A DNA stretch of 64,000 nucleotides from an uncultured Actinomycetes bacterium (GTDB lineage: Bacteria; Actinomycetota; Thermoleophilia; Gaiellales; JAICJC01): contig CAVSYD010000005.1 of NCBI GenBank assembly GCA_963732075.1, positions 46,483 to 110,482 of the forward strand, read 5' to 3'. Of the stretch, positions 42,892 to 52,651 are shown in pieces (the first letter of the stretch is position 1; every line of letters starts with the position of its first letter). A model generated the notes under the pieces. The model searched no databases. It had not been told where the DNA came from and was given only the letters and a program-made list of their open reading frames with translations. Made by a program: the position numbers and the translations under genes.

Positions 42892-44916
42892 TCAGACGAG
42901 GTCGCGCGGGAACGTGAACGCCCAGGTCTCGGCGAACACGCAGTCGCCGTTCTCGAACGCCCGCACCACCACGTTGACGAGGAACCGCTCGGCGTCGCAG
43001 GTCATGACGCTCTCGGTCTCGCAGCGCGTCTGCCAGTCGCCGCGGCCGACCGTGCCGTCGGTGCGGCAGTGCACCCGGGCCGACAGCGGGTCGCCCTCGA
43101 CGATCGAGAAGGTCGTGCGGTTCTGGTCGGAGATCTCGAGGCCGTTCGGCAGGCGCGTGCGCCCGCCCACGTCCCAGTCGTAGACCAGGTCGACCCGGCC
43201 GGTGGCGAGATCGCGGTGCAGGCTGCGCCCCGCCGGACCGCCGTGGACGACCTCGGTGGGCATGCGCGGGGACTCCTCGGCCGGCAGAAAGCCGGGCAGG
43301 CCGGCGTCGCCCGGCCGGGGCTCGCGCACGGGCAGCGAAAGCGCGCTCGCGGCGCCCGCGTGGAGCGTGAGCGTGACCGGCTCGGGCGACGGCCACGCCC
43401 ACGGCCAGTAGGTGGGCGAGACGCCCACCCTGATGCGGCTCCCGGGCGCGAAGGCGTGCCCGATCGCGTCCAGCCTGACCGTGACGGTGAACGGCTCGCC
43501 CGGCGTGAGCGGCTGCGGATGCTCGTCGCTCTCGCGGTGCGTCAGGTTCTGGAGGGCGCGCGTCACGAGCGCCGAGGTGCCGTCCGCGAACACCTCGCAC
43601 AGCCGCACGCACACGAGCGCGCGAGGCCGATCCGATGCCAGGGTCAGCTCGACCTCGGGAAAGCCGAGGATCTCGAGCCGGCCGGGGAGCGGCTCGGAGG
43701 TGAACGTGAGGCTCATCCCGTCCATCGCCCGCTGGTCGCCGGGCCAGTCGGCCGGCTCGCCGTAGGGGCACCACGACCCGGCGTCGAGGCCCGCGGTCTG
43801 CTGCCCGGCGAACCGCAGCTCGGCCGGGGCACCCGGGGCCGGGCCAAGGCCGGACGCGTTCAGGTGCAGCCGCTGGGCCGCCACGCCCGGAGCCGGCCAC
43901 GCCGGCTCGGCCACCCACCGGCCGGGGCGCTCGCCGTAGCAGGTCGCGGGCGGGCTGGACTCCTGAATCCAGGCCCGCAGCATCGGCTCGTCCATGATGC
44001 CCGTGTCGGCCCCGCCCAGCCAGTGGTCGAACCAGCGCAGCACCTCCTGCAGGAAGCCGATCGTGGGGCCCGGCGGCCCCGCCTGCGGCCAGGCGTGCGC
44101 CCACGGCCCGATCAGTCCCTTTCGCGGGCCCGGCAGGCCGGCAAGCAGGCGCGGGATCGCGTTGGTGTACCCGTCCGACCAGCCGCCGACGGCGTACACG
44201 GCCGCCTCGATCCGGGAGTAGTCCTCGCACACCGAGCCCTGCTTCCAGTAGTCGTCGCGACGCTGGTGGGCAAGCCACGGCTCGATGAACGGCGGCGCCG
44301 AGGCCAGCCGCTCGAGCCACATGTCCCGCCAGCGGTCGCCCACGATCGCCGGATCGGGCGGCCACCCGTTCCAGCCGAGCATCGACGCCGCCCACTGCAG
44401 CATGTCCGAGCCGATGCAGCCGCCGTCGTAGTGGACGTCGTCGGCGTAGCGGTCGTCGGTCGAGCACAGCGTCACGATCGCCCGCAGCGCCGGCGGCCGA
44501 TGGGCTGCGACCTGGAGCGAGTTGAACCCACTCCAGGAGATGCCGATCATCCCCACCGCCCCGGTACACCACGGCTGCTCGGCAATCCAGGCGATCACCT
44601 CGCAGGCGTCGGACTGCTCCTGGGGCAGGTACTCGTCCTCGAGCAGCCCGTCGGATTCGCCCGCGCCGCGCATGTCGACCCGCACGCAGGCGTAGCCGTG
44701 TCCGGCCAGGTACGGATAGTGGCGCGAGTCGCGCACGGCCGTGCCGTCGTTCAGGCGGTAGGGCAGGAACTCGAAGATGGCGGGAACGGGGTGCGCCTCG
44801 GCGTCATCGGGCAGCCAGATCCGGGCCGCGAGGCGGCAGCCGTCGGCGAGAGTGATCCACGCGGTCGAGATCGTCCGGACACGGCGGGGATGGTCGGTGA
44901 CGAGCCGCATCGGCAC
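42892..44916 (-). CDS. CocE/NonD family hydrolase (X-Pro dipeptidyl-peptidase S15-like)
   Basis: ARIWLPDDAEAHPVPAIFEFLPYR...VRVDMRGAGESDG...GMIGISWSGFNSLQVAA. Intact 674-aa frame. Confidence 0.85.
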   Translation of the reverse strand: MPMRLVTDHPRRVRTISTAWITLADGCRLAARIWLPDDAEAHPVPAIFEFLPYRLNDGTAVRDSRHYPYLAGHGYACVRVDMRGAGESDGLLEDEYLPQEQSDACEVIAWIAEQPWCTGAVGMIGISWSGFNSLQVAAHRPPALRAIVTLCSTDDRYADDVHYDGGCIGSDMLQWAASMLGWNGWPPDPAIVGDRWRDMWLERLASAPPFIEPWLAHQRRDDYWKQGSVCEDYSRIEAAVYAVGGWSDGYTNAIPRLLAGLPGPRKGLIGPWAHAWPQAGPPGPTIGFLQEVLRWFDHWLGGADTGIMDEPMLRAWIQESSPPATCYGERPGRWVAEPAWPAPGVAAQRLHLNASGLGPAPGAPAELRFAGQQTAGLDAGSWCPYGEPADWPGDQRAMDGMSLTFTSEPLPGRLEILGFPEVELTLASDRPRALVCVRLCEVFADGTSALVTRALQNLTHRESDEHPQPLTPGEPFTVTVRLDAIGHAFAPGSRIRVGVSPTYWPWAWPSPEPVTLTLHAGAASALSLPVREPRPGDAGLPGFLPAEESPRMPTEVVHGGPAGRSLHRDLATGRVDLVYDWDVGGRTRLPNGLEISDQNRTTFSIVEGDPLSARVHCRTDGTVGRGDWQTRCETESVMTCDAERFLVNVVVRAFENGDCVFAETWAFTFPRDLV

Positions 44917-45055
44917 ATTTTAACCCGACCGCCGGGGGTGGGTGGTGAAACACCACCCGCGGCCACCCCAGCGGGGGGGTTGCCGGACGGCCGGTTGACG
45001 GCGAGAGTGGATTACATCCTCACGCGCGCCGCGATGGGGGTGCCTCCCTGACATG

Positions 45056-45091
45056 CGCCCGCCCGGCTGGACGTCCACCACTGGGCGGGCG
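45056..45091 (-). terminator. GC-rich hairpin just downstream of the 119-aa gene
   Basis: CGCCCGCCC (45056..45064), 18-nt loop, GGGCGGGCG (45083..45091). No T-tract. A second hairpin GGGTGGTG-aaa-CACCACCC lies near 44945. Confidence 0.35.
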
Positions 45092-45102
45092 CGGAGGAGG
45101 AT

Positions 45103-45462
45103 CTAACCGCGCGCGTGCGCCAGCAGCTCGCGGAAGCAGCCGAGCTCCTCCGAGGAGCTTGCGTCCACGCCGTTGAGTGCGATCTGAAGCTGCAGGCCGA
45201 AGGCCTCGAGCAGCGACTCGGGGCCGTCCTCGAGCGCCAGGGTGAAGCACAGGTACTCGCGCCCGGACTCCTCGCCCACGACCCGGAAGCGGCGGGCCGC
45301 AAGTGCCCGTGGGAGCGGCGCGCCGAACACGCACAGCCGCTCACCGGCCCGCTCGGCCTCGGTCGCGGGCGCGGCGATCAGCGTCCGCATGACACCGGAC
45401 AGGCTGCCGTCGACCGCGGTCGCGGCCCGCTCGATCAGACGCGGAAGCATGAGCTCCGGCAT
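45103..45462 (-). CDS. hypothetical protein (119 aa)
   Basis: ORF track. Protein-like composition. No family recognised. Confidence 0.5.
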   Translation of the reverse strand: MPELMLPRLIERAATAVDGSLSGVMRTLIAAPATEAERAGERLCVFGAPLPRALAARRFRVVGEESGREYLCFTLALEDGPESLLEAFGLQLQIALNGVDASSSEELGCFRELLAHARG

Positions 45463-45514
45463 GCCCCCACCGTAACCCGCCCCGCCCGCCCGGGAACCCC
45501 CCGGAATGGTGACA

Positions 45515-45691
45515 TCAGTTCGAGGACGACCCGCCCCCGGGAGCGACCGTGACCGTGGTTTCGACGGTCACGATCTCCCTGGTCGAGGTGTGCGCCGCGT
45601 GGCCCCGCGAGCCCAGTGCGAGGCCGACGACGATCCCGACGATCAGGACGACGGCGCAGCCGGCGATCCCGCGGATGTGGCGACGCAGCAC
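45515..45691 (-). CDS. possible small single-TM protein (58 aa, GTG start)
   Basis: VLRRHIRGIAGCAVVLIVGIVVGLALG... The start is chosen just inside the AT-rich intergenic region. The upstream part of the ORF-track frame is antisense to the repeat-protein gene. Confidence 0.35.
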   Translation of the reverse strand: MLRRHIRGIAGCAVVLIVGIVVGLALGSRGHAAHTSTREIVTVETTVTVAPGGGSSSN

Positions 45692-45779
45692 GCTGCGCAG
45701 GATAGCTGGCAGTTCACTCGTACAAACTTGCGTGTAAATCTTTTTGCGCTGATAACCGATACCTGGGGTAGGCGCAACA

Positions 45780-48700
45780 GTGACCCCAACCTCATTGAGG
45801 TGCTCGGTGAACGACCGCGGCCGACCGGCGTGGCCCCCATCGACCAGTGCTGCACTCCTGCGATCGCTTGGTATCGCCGCCGCTGCATGTGCCGTGGCGG
45901 CCGCTCCGGCGGCCGCGTATGTGCTCCACCAGGCCGCGGTCGCAGGCGTCACCGTCAAGATCTCGTCGCACCCGTCCGCAGCGGCGCGCAGCACCACCGC
46001 CAAGTTCGCGTGGAAGACGTCCGGGGGGCCGACGGCCGTCTCGTGCCGGCTCGACTCGGGCGCGTACAAGAAGTGCTCCCGGTCGCACTCCTACACCAAG
46101 CTGAAACAGGGCCTGCACACCTTCACGGTGCGGGCGACGAAGAGCGGCGCGAGCAAGAAGGTCGCCTACAAATGGCGGGTCGACACCGTCGCCCCCACGG
46201 CGCCCACGGTCACCGGAGGCAGCACCGCGTGGACAGCCGCGGCCGTCACCATCTCGGCCTCCGGCTCGACCGACAAGGGTGGGAGCGGAGTCGCCTCCTA
46301 CCAGCACCGCAGCTCGGCGAACGGCGGCACGTCGTGGAGCAGCGCCGTCGCGGGCGCGAGCGCCAAGATCACCGCCAACGGCACCACCTGGGTGCAGTTC
46401 CGCGCCCTCGACAAGGCAGGGAACGCGTCGGCGTGGGCACCCGCGGTCGCCGATCCGGCCGCCACGGCGGCGATCGACACCGTCCCGCCCTCGCTGCCGA
46501 CGCTCACCGGCGGCTCGACGACCTGGCAGGACGTGGCCTCGATGACCGTCCAGCCCGCCGGCACCCCGACCGATACCGAGTCGGGCTTTGCCGGCTACCA
46601 GTACCGCACGTCGAGCAACGGTGGCACCACCTGGTCGGCGGCGACCCCCGGAACCGCCGCGACGATCTCGGCCGAGGGCTTGACGCTGGTGCAGTTCCGG
46701 TCGGTGGACGCGGTCGGCAATGTCTCGGCCTGGGTGAACGGGACCGTGAGCATCGACCGCACGGCGCCGACCGCGCCGACCGACACCGGCGGCTCGGCAT
46801 CCTGGCAGGCCGGGCCCACCGTGACCGTCACGGCCGCGGGCTCGACCGACACGGGCTCGGGCGTCGCCGGGTACGAGTACGAGACCTCGACCAACGGCGG
46901 CAGCACGTGGTCGGCGGCCACCGCCGGGGCGAGCGCCGTCGTCTCGGCACAGGGCACAACGCTCGTGCAGTTCGCCGCGGTGGACGGCGTCGGCCTCGTC
47001 TCGCCGTGGACACAGGCGACCGTCAAGCTCGACCTGACCGCACCGACCGCGCCCACCGTCGCGGGCGGCTCGTCCACCTGGGTGAACGCCGCCTCGGGCA
47101 CGGTCACCGCGTCCGGCTCGACCGATTCCGGCGGCTCCGGGCTGTCCGGCTACCAGTACCGCACCTCCACCGACGGCGGCACCACATGGAGCGCAGCCGC
47201 CACCGGCGCGAGCGATGCGGTCACCGCCGAGGCCAACACGTGGGTGCAGTTCCGCAGCGTCGACACGGCCGGCAACACGTCGGCATGGACGCCCGCGACA
47301 CAGACCGCGGGTGCAACGGTGCGCCTCGACCGCACCGCTCCCACGACGCCCGTGGCCAGCGGCGGCTCATCGGGATGGTCGAACGCCGCGTCGATCACCG
47401 TCACCGCGGCGTCGACCGACGCCGGCAGCGGAGTCAAGAGCTACCAGTACGAGACGTCGACCAACGGCGGGTCGACCTGGTCGGCGGCGACGACCGGCTC
47501 GTCGGTCCTGGTCTCGGCCACCGGCCAGACGCTTGTGCAGTTCCAGGCAACCGACAATGTCGGCCTGAAGTCGGCCTGGTCGGGGGTCACCGCCGCCGGC
47601 ACCGTGCAGCTCGATCGCACGAATCCCACCGCCCCGTCATCCGTCACCGGCGGATCGGCGACCTGGTCGCTGACGGCACCGGTGACCGTCACGGCATCCG
47701 GCTCGAGCGATTCCGGCGGCTCCGGGCTCTCCGGCTACCAGTACCGCACCTCCACCGACGGTGGCACCACCTGGTCGGCGGCCCTGGCCGCACCGGCCGC
47801 CATCACCGGCGACGGCACCACCATCGTGCAGATGCGCGCGATCGACGCCGCCGGCAACGTCTCGGCGTGGGCACCGGCGTCGGCCGGCGTGAACAGCACC
47901 GTCAAGATCGACACCACCCCACCCACCGCCCCGATCGTCGCGGGCGGCACCGGCGGTTGGTCGAACGCCGCCTCGGCCACCGTCTCGGCATCGGGCTCGA
48001 CCGACTCCCCCGGCTCGGGCGTGAGCGGGTACGAGTACGAGACGTCCACGAACGGGGGCAGCTCCTGGTCCTCGGCCACCGCCGGCCCGTCGGTGGCGAT
48101 TTCGGCCGAGGGCACGACGACGGTGCGGTTCGCGGCGCTCGACGTCGCGGGGCACACCTCGGCGTGGGTGCAGACGAGCGTCCAACTCGACCGCACCGCG
48201 CCGTCGGCGCCCACCGTCACGGGCGGCTCGCTGACGTGGGCCGACATTGCGTCGCGCACCGTCACCGCGGCGGGCTCGACCGACGCCGGCGCCGGCCTCC
48301 AGGGCTACCAGTACCGCACCTCCACCAACGGCGGCAGCACGTGGTCGGCACCGGTCGCCGGATCCTCGCTGGTGGTCTCGGCCGAGGGCGAGACGCTGGT
48401 GCAGTTCCAGAGCATCGACACGGTCGGCAACGCCTCGGCCTGGACGCCGGCGCCGGACACGGCGGGGGCGACCGTGCGGCTCGACCGCACCCCGCCCACC
48501 GCACCGAGCGCCACCGGCGGATCGGCGTCGTGGCAGAACGCGAACACGCTTCCGATTTCGGCGAGCGGCGGCACGGACACGGCCTCCGGCATCGCCTCCT
48601 ACCAGTACCGGACGTCCACCACCGGTGGCTCGACCTGGTCGGTGGCCACGGCGGGCGCGCTGGTCAACGTGACCGCCCAGGGCACCACTCTGGTCGAGTT

Positions 48701-49655
48701 CCGGGCGGTTGACGGCGTCGGGCTCCTCTCACCCTGGTCGGCGATCTCGGCCGGCGGCACGGCCATGCTCGACCAGACGGCCCCCACCATCCCGACGGTC
48801 ACGGGCGGGTCGTCCAACTACCAGAGTGTCGCCTCGGTCACCATCTCGGCGAGCGGCTCCACCGATACGGGTGGGTCGGGCCTGGCCGGCTACCAGTACC
48901 GCACGGAGTTCGACACGCAGAACAACACCTGGTCGGCTGCGACGGACGGTTCGAGTGTGCAGATCGGCGCCGAGGGGCTGACCTTCGTCGAGTTCCGGTC
49001 GATCGACAACGCGGGGAACGTCTCGGCGTGGGCGCCCAATCCCGCCGTGCCCGCCAATATCGTCGAGATCGACCGCACGGCGCCGAGCATCCCCACCGTG
49101 AGCGGCGGATCGCTCTCGTGGCAGTCCGCGGCGACCGTGACGCTGACAGCAAACGGTGCGAGCGACGGCCTGAGCGTCTACACCGCGGGCGTGACCAGCT
49201 ACCAGTACCGCACGTCCACCAACGGGGGCACGTCCTGGTCGGCCGCAGCAACGGCCGGCGGCCCGTTGTCAGGTTCGGTGACGATCTCGGCCGAAGGCAC
49301 CACCCTGGTGCAGTTCCGGGCGGTGGACGGCGCCGGCAACGTGTCGGCGTGGACGCCCGCCACTCCGGACGCGACCGACACGGTCATGCTCGACCACACC
49401 GCCCCCACGCTGCCCACGATCGGCGGCGGCACCGGCGGATCGTGCACCGCCGGCCCGGTCACGCTGACCGCCTCAGGGTCGAGCGACGCCCTGTCGGGCT
49501 TCGGCCACTACGAGTCGATGGTGGGCACGGGCAGCATCGTGCAAGGCGCGAGCGTCGTGATCTCGGCGCACGGCACCGTGACCGTCAAGTTCCGGGCCGT
49601 CGACGCCGCCGGCAACGCGTCGGCCTGGGTCTCGACGAGCGTCTGTATCAGCTGA
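45780..49655 (+). CDS. 1291-aa secreted protein with 12 tandem Ig-like (OmpL47/HYR-type) repeats
   Basis: GTG start after an AT-rich intergenic region. Signal-like ALLRSLGIAAAACAVAAAPAAA. Repeat consensus D.TAPTAPTVTGGS..W.....TVTASGSTD.GSG..GYQYRTSTNGG.TWSAA..G....V.AEG.TLVQFR..D.AGN.SAW. Confidence 0.85.
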   Translation: MTPTSLRCSVNDRGRPAWPPSTSAALLRSLGIAAAACAVAAAPAAAYVLHQAAVAGVTVKISSHPSAAARSTTAKFAWKTSGGPTAVSCRLDSGAYKKCSRSHSYTKLKQGLHTFTVRATKSGASKKVAYKWRVDTVAPTAPTVTGGSTAWTAAAVTISASGSTDKGGSGVASYQHRSSANGGTSWSSAVAGASAKITANGTTWVQFRALDKAGNASAWAPAVADPAATAAIDTVPPSLPTLTGGSTTWQDVASMTVQPAGTPTDTESGFAGYQYRTSSNGGTTWSAATPGTAATISAEGLTLVQFRSVDAVGNVSAWVNGTVSIDRTAPTAPTDTGGSASWQAGPTVTVTAAGSTDTGSGVAGYEYETSTNGGSTWSAATAGASAVVSAQGTTLVQFAAVDGVGLVSPWTQATVKLDLTAPTAPTVAGGSSTWVNAASGTVTASGSTDSGGSGLSGYQYRTSTDGGTTWSAAATGASDAVTAEANTWVQFRSVDTAGNTSAWTPATQTAGATVRLDRTAPTTPVASGGSSGWSNAASITVTAASTDAGSGVKSYQYETSTNGGSTWSAATTGSSVLVSATGQTLVQFQATDNVGLKSAWSGVTAAGTVQLDRTNPTAPSSVTGGSATWSLTAPVTVTASGSSDSGGSGLSGYQYRTSTDGGTTWSAALAAPAAITGDGTTIVQMRAIDAAGNVSAWAPASAGVNSTVKIDTTPPTAPIVAGGTGGWSNAASATVSASGSTDSPGSGVSGYEYETSTNGGSSWSSATAGPSVAISAEGTTTVRFAALDVAGHTSAWVQTSVQLDRTAPSAPTVTGGSLTWADIASRTVTAAGSTDAGAGLQGYQYRTSTNGGSTWSAPVAGSSLVVSAEGETLVQFQSIDTVGNASAWTPAPDTAGATVRLDRTPPTAPSATGGSASWQNANTLPISASGGTDTASGIASYQYRTSTTGGSTWSVATAGALVNVTAQGTTLVEFRAVDGVGLLSPWSAISAGGTAMLDQTAPTIPTVTGGSSNYQSVASVTISASGSTDTGGSGLAGYQYRTEFDTQNNTWSAATDGSSVQIGAEGLTFVEFRSIDNAGNVSAWAPNPAVPANIVEIDRTAPSIPTVSGGSLSWQSAATVTLTANGASDGLSVYTAGVTSYQYRTSTNGGTSWSAAATAGGPLSGSVTISAEGTTLVQFRAVDGAGNVSAWTPATPDATDTVMLDHTAPTLPTIGGGTGGSCTAGPVTLTASGSSDALSGFGHYESMVGTGSIVQGASVVISAHGTVTVKFRAVDAAGNASAWVSTSVCIS
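46182..49652 (+). repeat. 12 in-frame tandem repeats of about 93-106 aa (about 280-320 bp)
   Basis: I checked repeat starts at 46182, 46476 and 46755. Repeats 3 to 8 alternate YEYETS/YQYETS-type and GGSGLSGYQYRTSTDGGTTW-type units. Confidence 0.9.
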
Positions 49656-50679
49656 CCGGCTCGTCGCGCCAGCTGGTGTAGCGGCCGGCGGTGTCCTCGC
49701 TCGGCTCGCCCAGCACCGGGTGCAGCGAGAGATCGGGCGAGTACCGGCTGGCGGGGACGGTGCGGCCGAGCGCCTCGGCCATCGCGCGGACGTGGTGCGG
49801 CGCGCCGCCGCAGCAGATGCCGATGAAGCGGACGCCGAGGTCGCGTGCGGCGACGGCGAAGTCGGCCATGTCAAAGCGGGTGCACGTGAACGGGTCGAGC
49901 GCGATCGGGAACACGCGCCGGCCGTCGTCGTCGCGCAGCGCCTGGAACGTCGCCTGGGACCGGGTCGTGCGGTAGGGCACCGGCTGTCCGGCGATGGGGC
50001 ACGAGACGGCCGCCCGCACCCGCTCGAGCAGTGGCAGCATGGTCGCCGGCCCGCGCGAGCAGTTGAGCCCGACGACGTCGGCCCCCGCGCCCTCGAGCCG
50101 CTTGCACGCCTCCTCGAAGCTGAAGCCGTCGATGGTTTTGTCCTCTGACGACGCGAACGTCACCACCGACGGGAGCCCGTGTTCGCGGATCACCTCAAGC
50201 CCAATCAGGGCCTCGCCGACGTAGTCGTTCGTCTCGGAGAGAATGAAGTCGGCGCCCTCCTCGGCCGCCCACCGCACCTGGTCGCGGTACATGCGGCGGA
50301 CGCGCTCGCCGCTGGCGACGGGGTCGGCCGGGTCGTACGCCCAGGTGTTGCAGATGTTGCCGGCAAGCATCGCACCACCGGTTTCGGCCGTCTCGCGGGC
50401 CAGCCGCAGCGCCTGCCGGTTGAGCGCCTCGACGTCGCCCTCGCGGCCGATCATGCGCAGCTTTTCCTCGTGGCCGTAGTAGGTGAAGGCGACCATCACG
50501 TCGGCGCCTGCGGCCAGGAACTCGCGGTGCAGCTCGGCCACCGCGTCGGGCCGGTCGAGCACCACCTCGGGGACGTACGGGCCGCTCTTCAGGTACCCGC
50601 GCCGCTCGAGCTCGAACAGGTAGCCCTCGGCCCCGAGCACCACCCCATCGTCATCGAGCCGCTCGAGCAGTCCAGGCAT
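49648..50679 (-). CDS. homocysteine S-methyltransferase family protein (BHMT-like)
   Basis: ATG at 50679 (MPGLLERLDDDGVVLGAEGYLFELERRGY). Zn-ligand motifs VVGLNCSRG and FIGICCGGAP. Confidence 0.85.
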   Translation of the reverse strand: MPGLLERLDDDGVVLGAEGYLFELERRGYLKSGPYVPEVVLDRPDAVAELHREFLAAGADVMVAFTYYGHEEKLRMIGREGDVEALNRQALRLARETAETGGAMLAGNICNTWAYDPADPVASGERVRRMYRDQVRWAAEEGADFILSETNDYVGEALIGLEVIREHGLPSVVTFASSEDKTIDGFSFEEACKRLEGAGADVVGLNCSRGPATMLPLLERVRAAVSCPIAGQPVPYRTTRSQATFQALRDDDGRRVFPIALDPFTCTRFDMADFAVAARDLGVRFIGICCGGAPHHVRAMAEALGRTVPASRYSPDLSLHPVLGEPSEDTAGRYTSWRDEPVS

Positions 50680-50693
50680 GCGGACAAGCGTAG

Positions 50694-51869
50694 CTAATAG
50701 CGCGGCAGTGCAGGCCCCTGGTAGAGGTCGTACTCGCCCTCGCGGGCGAAGCGCTCGACGCCGCGCGCGACGGCCTGCTCGTCGAGCTCCACCCCCAGCC
50801 CCGGGCCGGTCGGCACGGCCACCAGTCCGCGTTCGGGCCTGAACGGGCCGCCGGCGATCACGTCGCCGGTATACCAGCGCAGGAGCGACTGGCTGGGCAG
50901 ATCCACCGAAGGTGCGGCCGCCGCGATGTGCAGCGCGCACGCGGTGGCGATGCCCAGGTCGCCGCCGTAGAACCAGAAGCGGGCGCCCGCGCGGGCACAG
51001 TCGAGGATGAACCGGCGCGTCCCCGATACGCCGCCACACGCGGCGACATTCAGGACGAAGGCATCGGCAGCACCGAGCGACGTCGCGTTCCGGAGGTCGG
51101 TTTCGTGGGTCGAGAACGGCACCTGCGAGTCGCGCCGCAGCGCCGCCATCTCGCCCAGCGTGCCCACGGGTTCCTCGAGGTTGGCGATCCGGAGCGGCCG
51201 CAGCGCCTGCAGCGCTCGCCGCGCGGTCGGCACGCTCCACCCCATGTTCGCGTCCAGGCGCAGCACCCGGTCGGGGCCGATTGCCGCACGCACCTCGCGC
51301 ACCATGCGCAGCTCCTCCCGCAGCGGCCGCACCGCCACCTTGCCCTCGAAGCTGGGCGATCCGTGCGCTTCGACCATCGCCGCGCAGTAGCCGGCGACCT
51401 CGGCCGGGGTGCCCTCGCCGGCCGCCCCCGGGCCCGGGATCCGGTAGGCGAAGTACTCGGTGAACTCGACCGCGGGCCGCACGGCACCTCCGAAGAGATC
51501 GTGCAGGGGCACCGCCTGCGACCGCGCCTCGATGTCCCACAGCGCCATCTCGACACCTGCGAGCGCACGCGCCCGATCGCTGCGCGCACCCCGCTGCGCC
51601 GTCCTCAGGCGCTCGGCGCCCCGCCCCAGCTCCGCCCGCAGCTCCGGCAGCTTCCGCCCGACGATGCCTTCGCCGAGCTCGCCTGCGAGCGCCCCCGCGT
51701 CGTGCGGCGAGGGCGTCTCACCCAGGCCGCAGATGCCCTCGTCGGACGTGACCCGCAGGACGGTGCGGCTCATCCCCCAGTACGTGCCCGGCGCAAACAG
51801 GTATGGGGCGTCGAGCGGCACGTTCACCGGCCACGCCTCCACCCGCGCAACACGAGCGTCCGAGCGCAC
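50694..51869 (-). CDS. mandelate racemase / muconate lactonizing enzyme family (enolase superfamily) protein
   Basis: ICGLGET, VLRLDANMGWS, IANLEEP. GTG start assumed 8 nt after the upstream stop. Confidence 0.8.
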   Translation of the reverse strand: MRSDARVARVEAWPVNVPLDAPYLFAPGTYWGMSRTVLRVTSDEGICGLGETPSPHDAGALAGELGEGIVGRKLPELRAELGRGAERLRTAQRGARSDRARALAGVEMALWDIEARSQAVPLHDLFGGAVRPAVEFTEYFAYRIPGPGAAGEGTPAEVAGYCAAMVEAHGSPSFEGKVAVRPLREELRMVREVRAAIGPDRVLRLDANMGWSVPTARRALQALRPLRIANLEEPVGTLGEMAALRRDSQVPFSTHETDLRNATSLGAADAFVLNVAACGGVSGTRRFILDCARAGARFWFYGGDLGIATACALHIAAAAPSVDLPSQSLLRWYTGDVIAGGPFRPERGLVAVPTGPGLGVELDEQAVARGVERFAREGEYDLYQGPALPRY

Positions 51870-51877
51870 GCCACACG

Positions 51878-52651
51878 CTACACGGCACTGGCGATGAGCT
51901 GCTCCACGACTCCGGCGATGAGCGCCGGGTGCGTGTAGGGCACCGCATGCGACCCGTCCGGCACGACGAGCAGCCGGCCGCGCGGCAGCAGCTCCGCCAC
52001 CTCCTTCGCCCATTCCCGGCTGATGAAGCGGTCGTTGTCGCCGTGCACGACGACGGTTCGCTGGTGGATGTGCGGAAGCCGCTCCTCGATCCGGTCGGCC
52101 AGCGCCGAGCGGGCCATGGCGTGGAGGTCGCCCACCCCGCGGCGCGCGGTGTCGCGGAAGGCCAGCGTCACGAGCCCCGCCGGCTCGTGCGTGGACTGGT
52201 GCAGCGCCCGGAAGATCTGGTGGCGCGCGGCGCGCCTGGCCGGCTCGACCGTCGGGGCGATGAGCACCAGCGGCCCGACGCGCCGCGGCCGGCGCACGGC
52301 GAGCTCCGTCACGATCTGACACCCCATCGAGTTCGCGACGAAGGCCGGGCTGGAGAGCCCCACGACGTCGAGCCAGTCGCCGAGCGCGTCGGCCAGAGCG
52401 CCGATGCCCCCGGAGGCCGCCGGCCGTCCGCGGCGGCCGCGGCCGGGCAGGTCGGGGACGTACGTCGCGCACCGGGCCGCGATGACCTTCGCCAGCGGAA
52501 GCAGGTAGCGGCCGGACACGCCGTACCCGTGCACCAAGACGACGGGCGGCCCGGCTCCACCCACCCGGGAGTGGATCGACACGTCACCGACCTCGTCCCA
52601 ACGACTGACGACCGCCGCCGGCGGGCTCAAACCGTCGGCGACTTCGATCAA
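51878..52651 (-). CDS. alpha/beta hydrolase
   Basis: PPVVLVHGYGVSG, nucleophile elbow ANSMG, C-terminal DGSHAV. Confidence 0.8.
   Translation of the reverse strand: MIEVADGLSPPAAVVSRWDEVGDVSIHSRVGGAGPPVVLVHGYGVSGRYLLPLAKVIAARCATYVPDLPGRGRRGRPAASGGIGALADALGDWLDVVGLSSPAFVANSMGCQIVTELAVRRPRRVGPLVLIAPTVEPARRAARHQIFRALHQSTHEPAGLVTLAFRDTARRGVGDLHAMARSALADRIEERLPHIHQRTVVVHGDNDRFISREWAKEVAELLPRGRLLVVPDGSHAVPYTHPALIAGVVEQLIASAV

Noticed and set aside
42880-45051. Very long ORFs in segment B that overlap recognisable genes on the other strand or frame. Examples: 42880..45051 (723 aa), 42752..44572, 24822..25886, 28217..29020, 36785..38041, 45506..48712 (1068 aa), 56372..58072, 59384..60796, 34123..35625.
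   Set aside because: High GC suppresses stop codons in all frames. These products are Arg/Pro/Gly/Ala-rich and low in complexity. They lack motifs and overlap frames that encode clearly recognisable proteins (CocE/NonD, TypA, DUF2252, LLM oxidoreductase and others).
46298-49462. A regular series of minus-strand ORFs inside the Ig-repeat gene, each ending in ...VRYW or ...VSYW.
   Set aside because: They are antisense shadows of the 12 coding repeats. The recurrent G-CTA-CCA-GTA (GYQY) segment creates a periodic antisense TAG.
46182-49652. Could the ~285-bp periodic repeats be a CRISPR array or a satellite?
   Set aside because: The repeats are contiguous, in frame and diverged mostly like protein domains. 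There is no short-repeat/unique-spacer structure. No CRISPR-like array occurs anywhere in the window.
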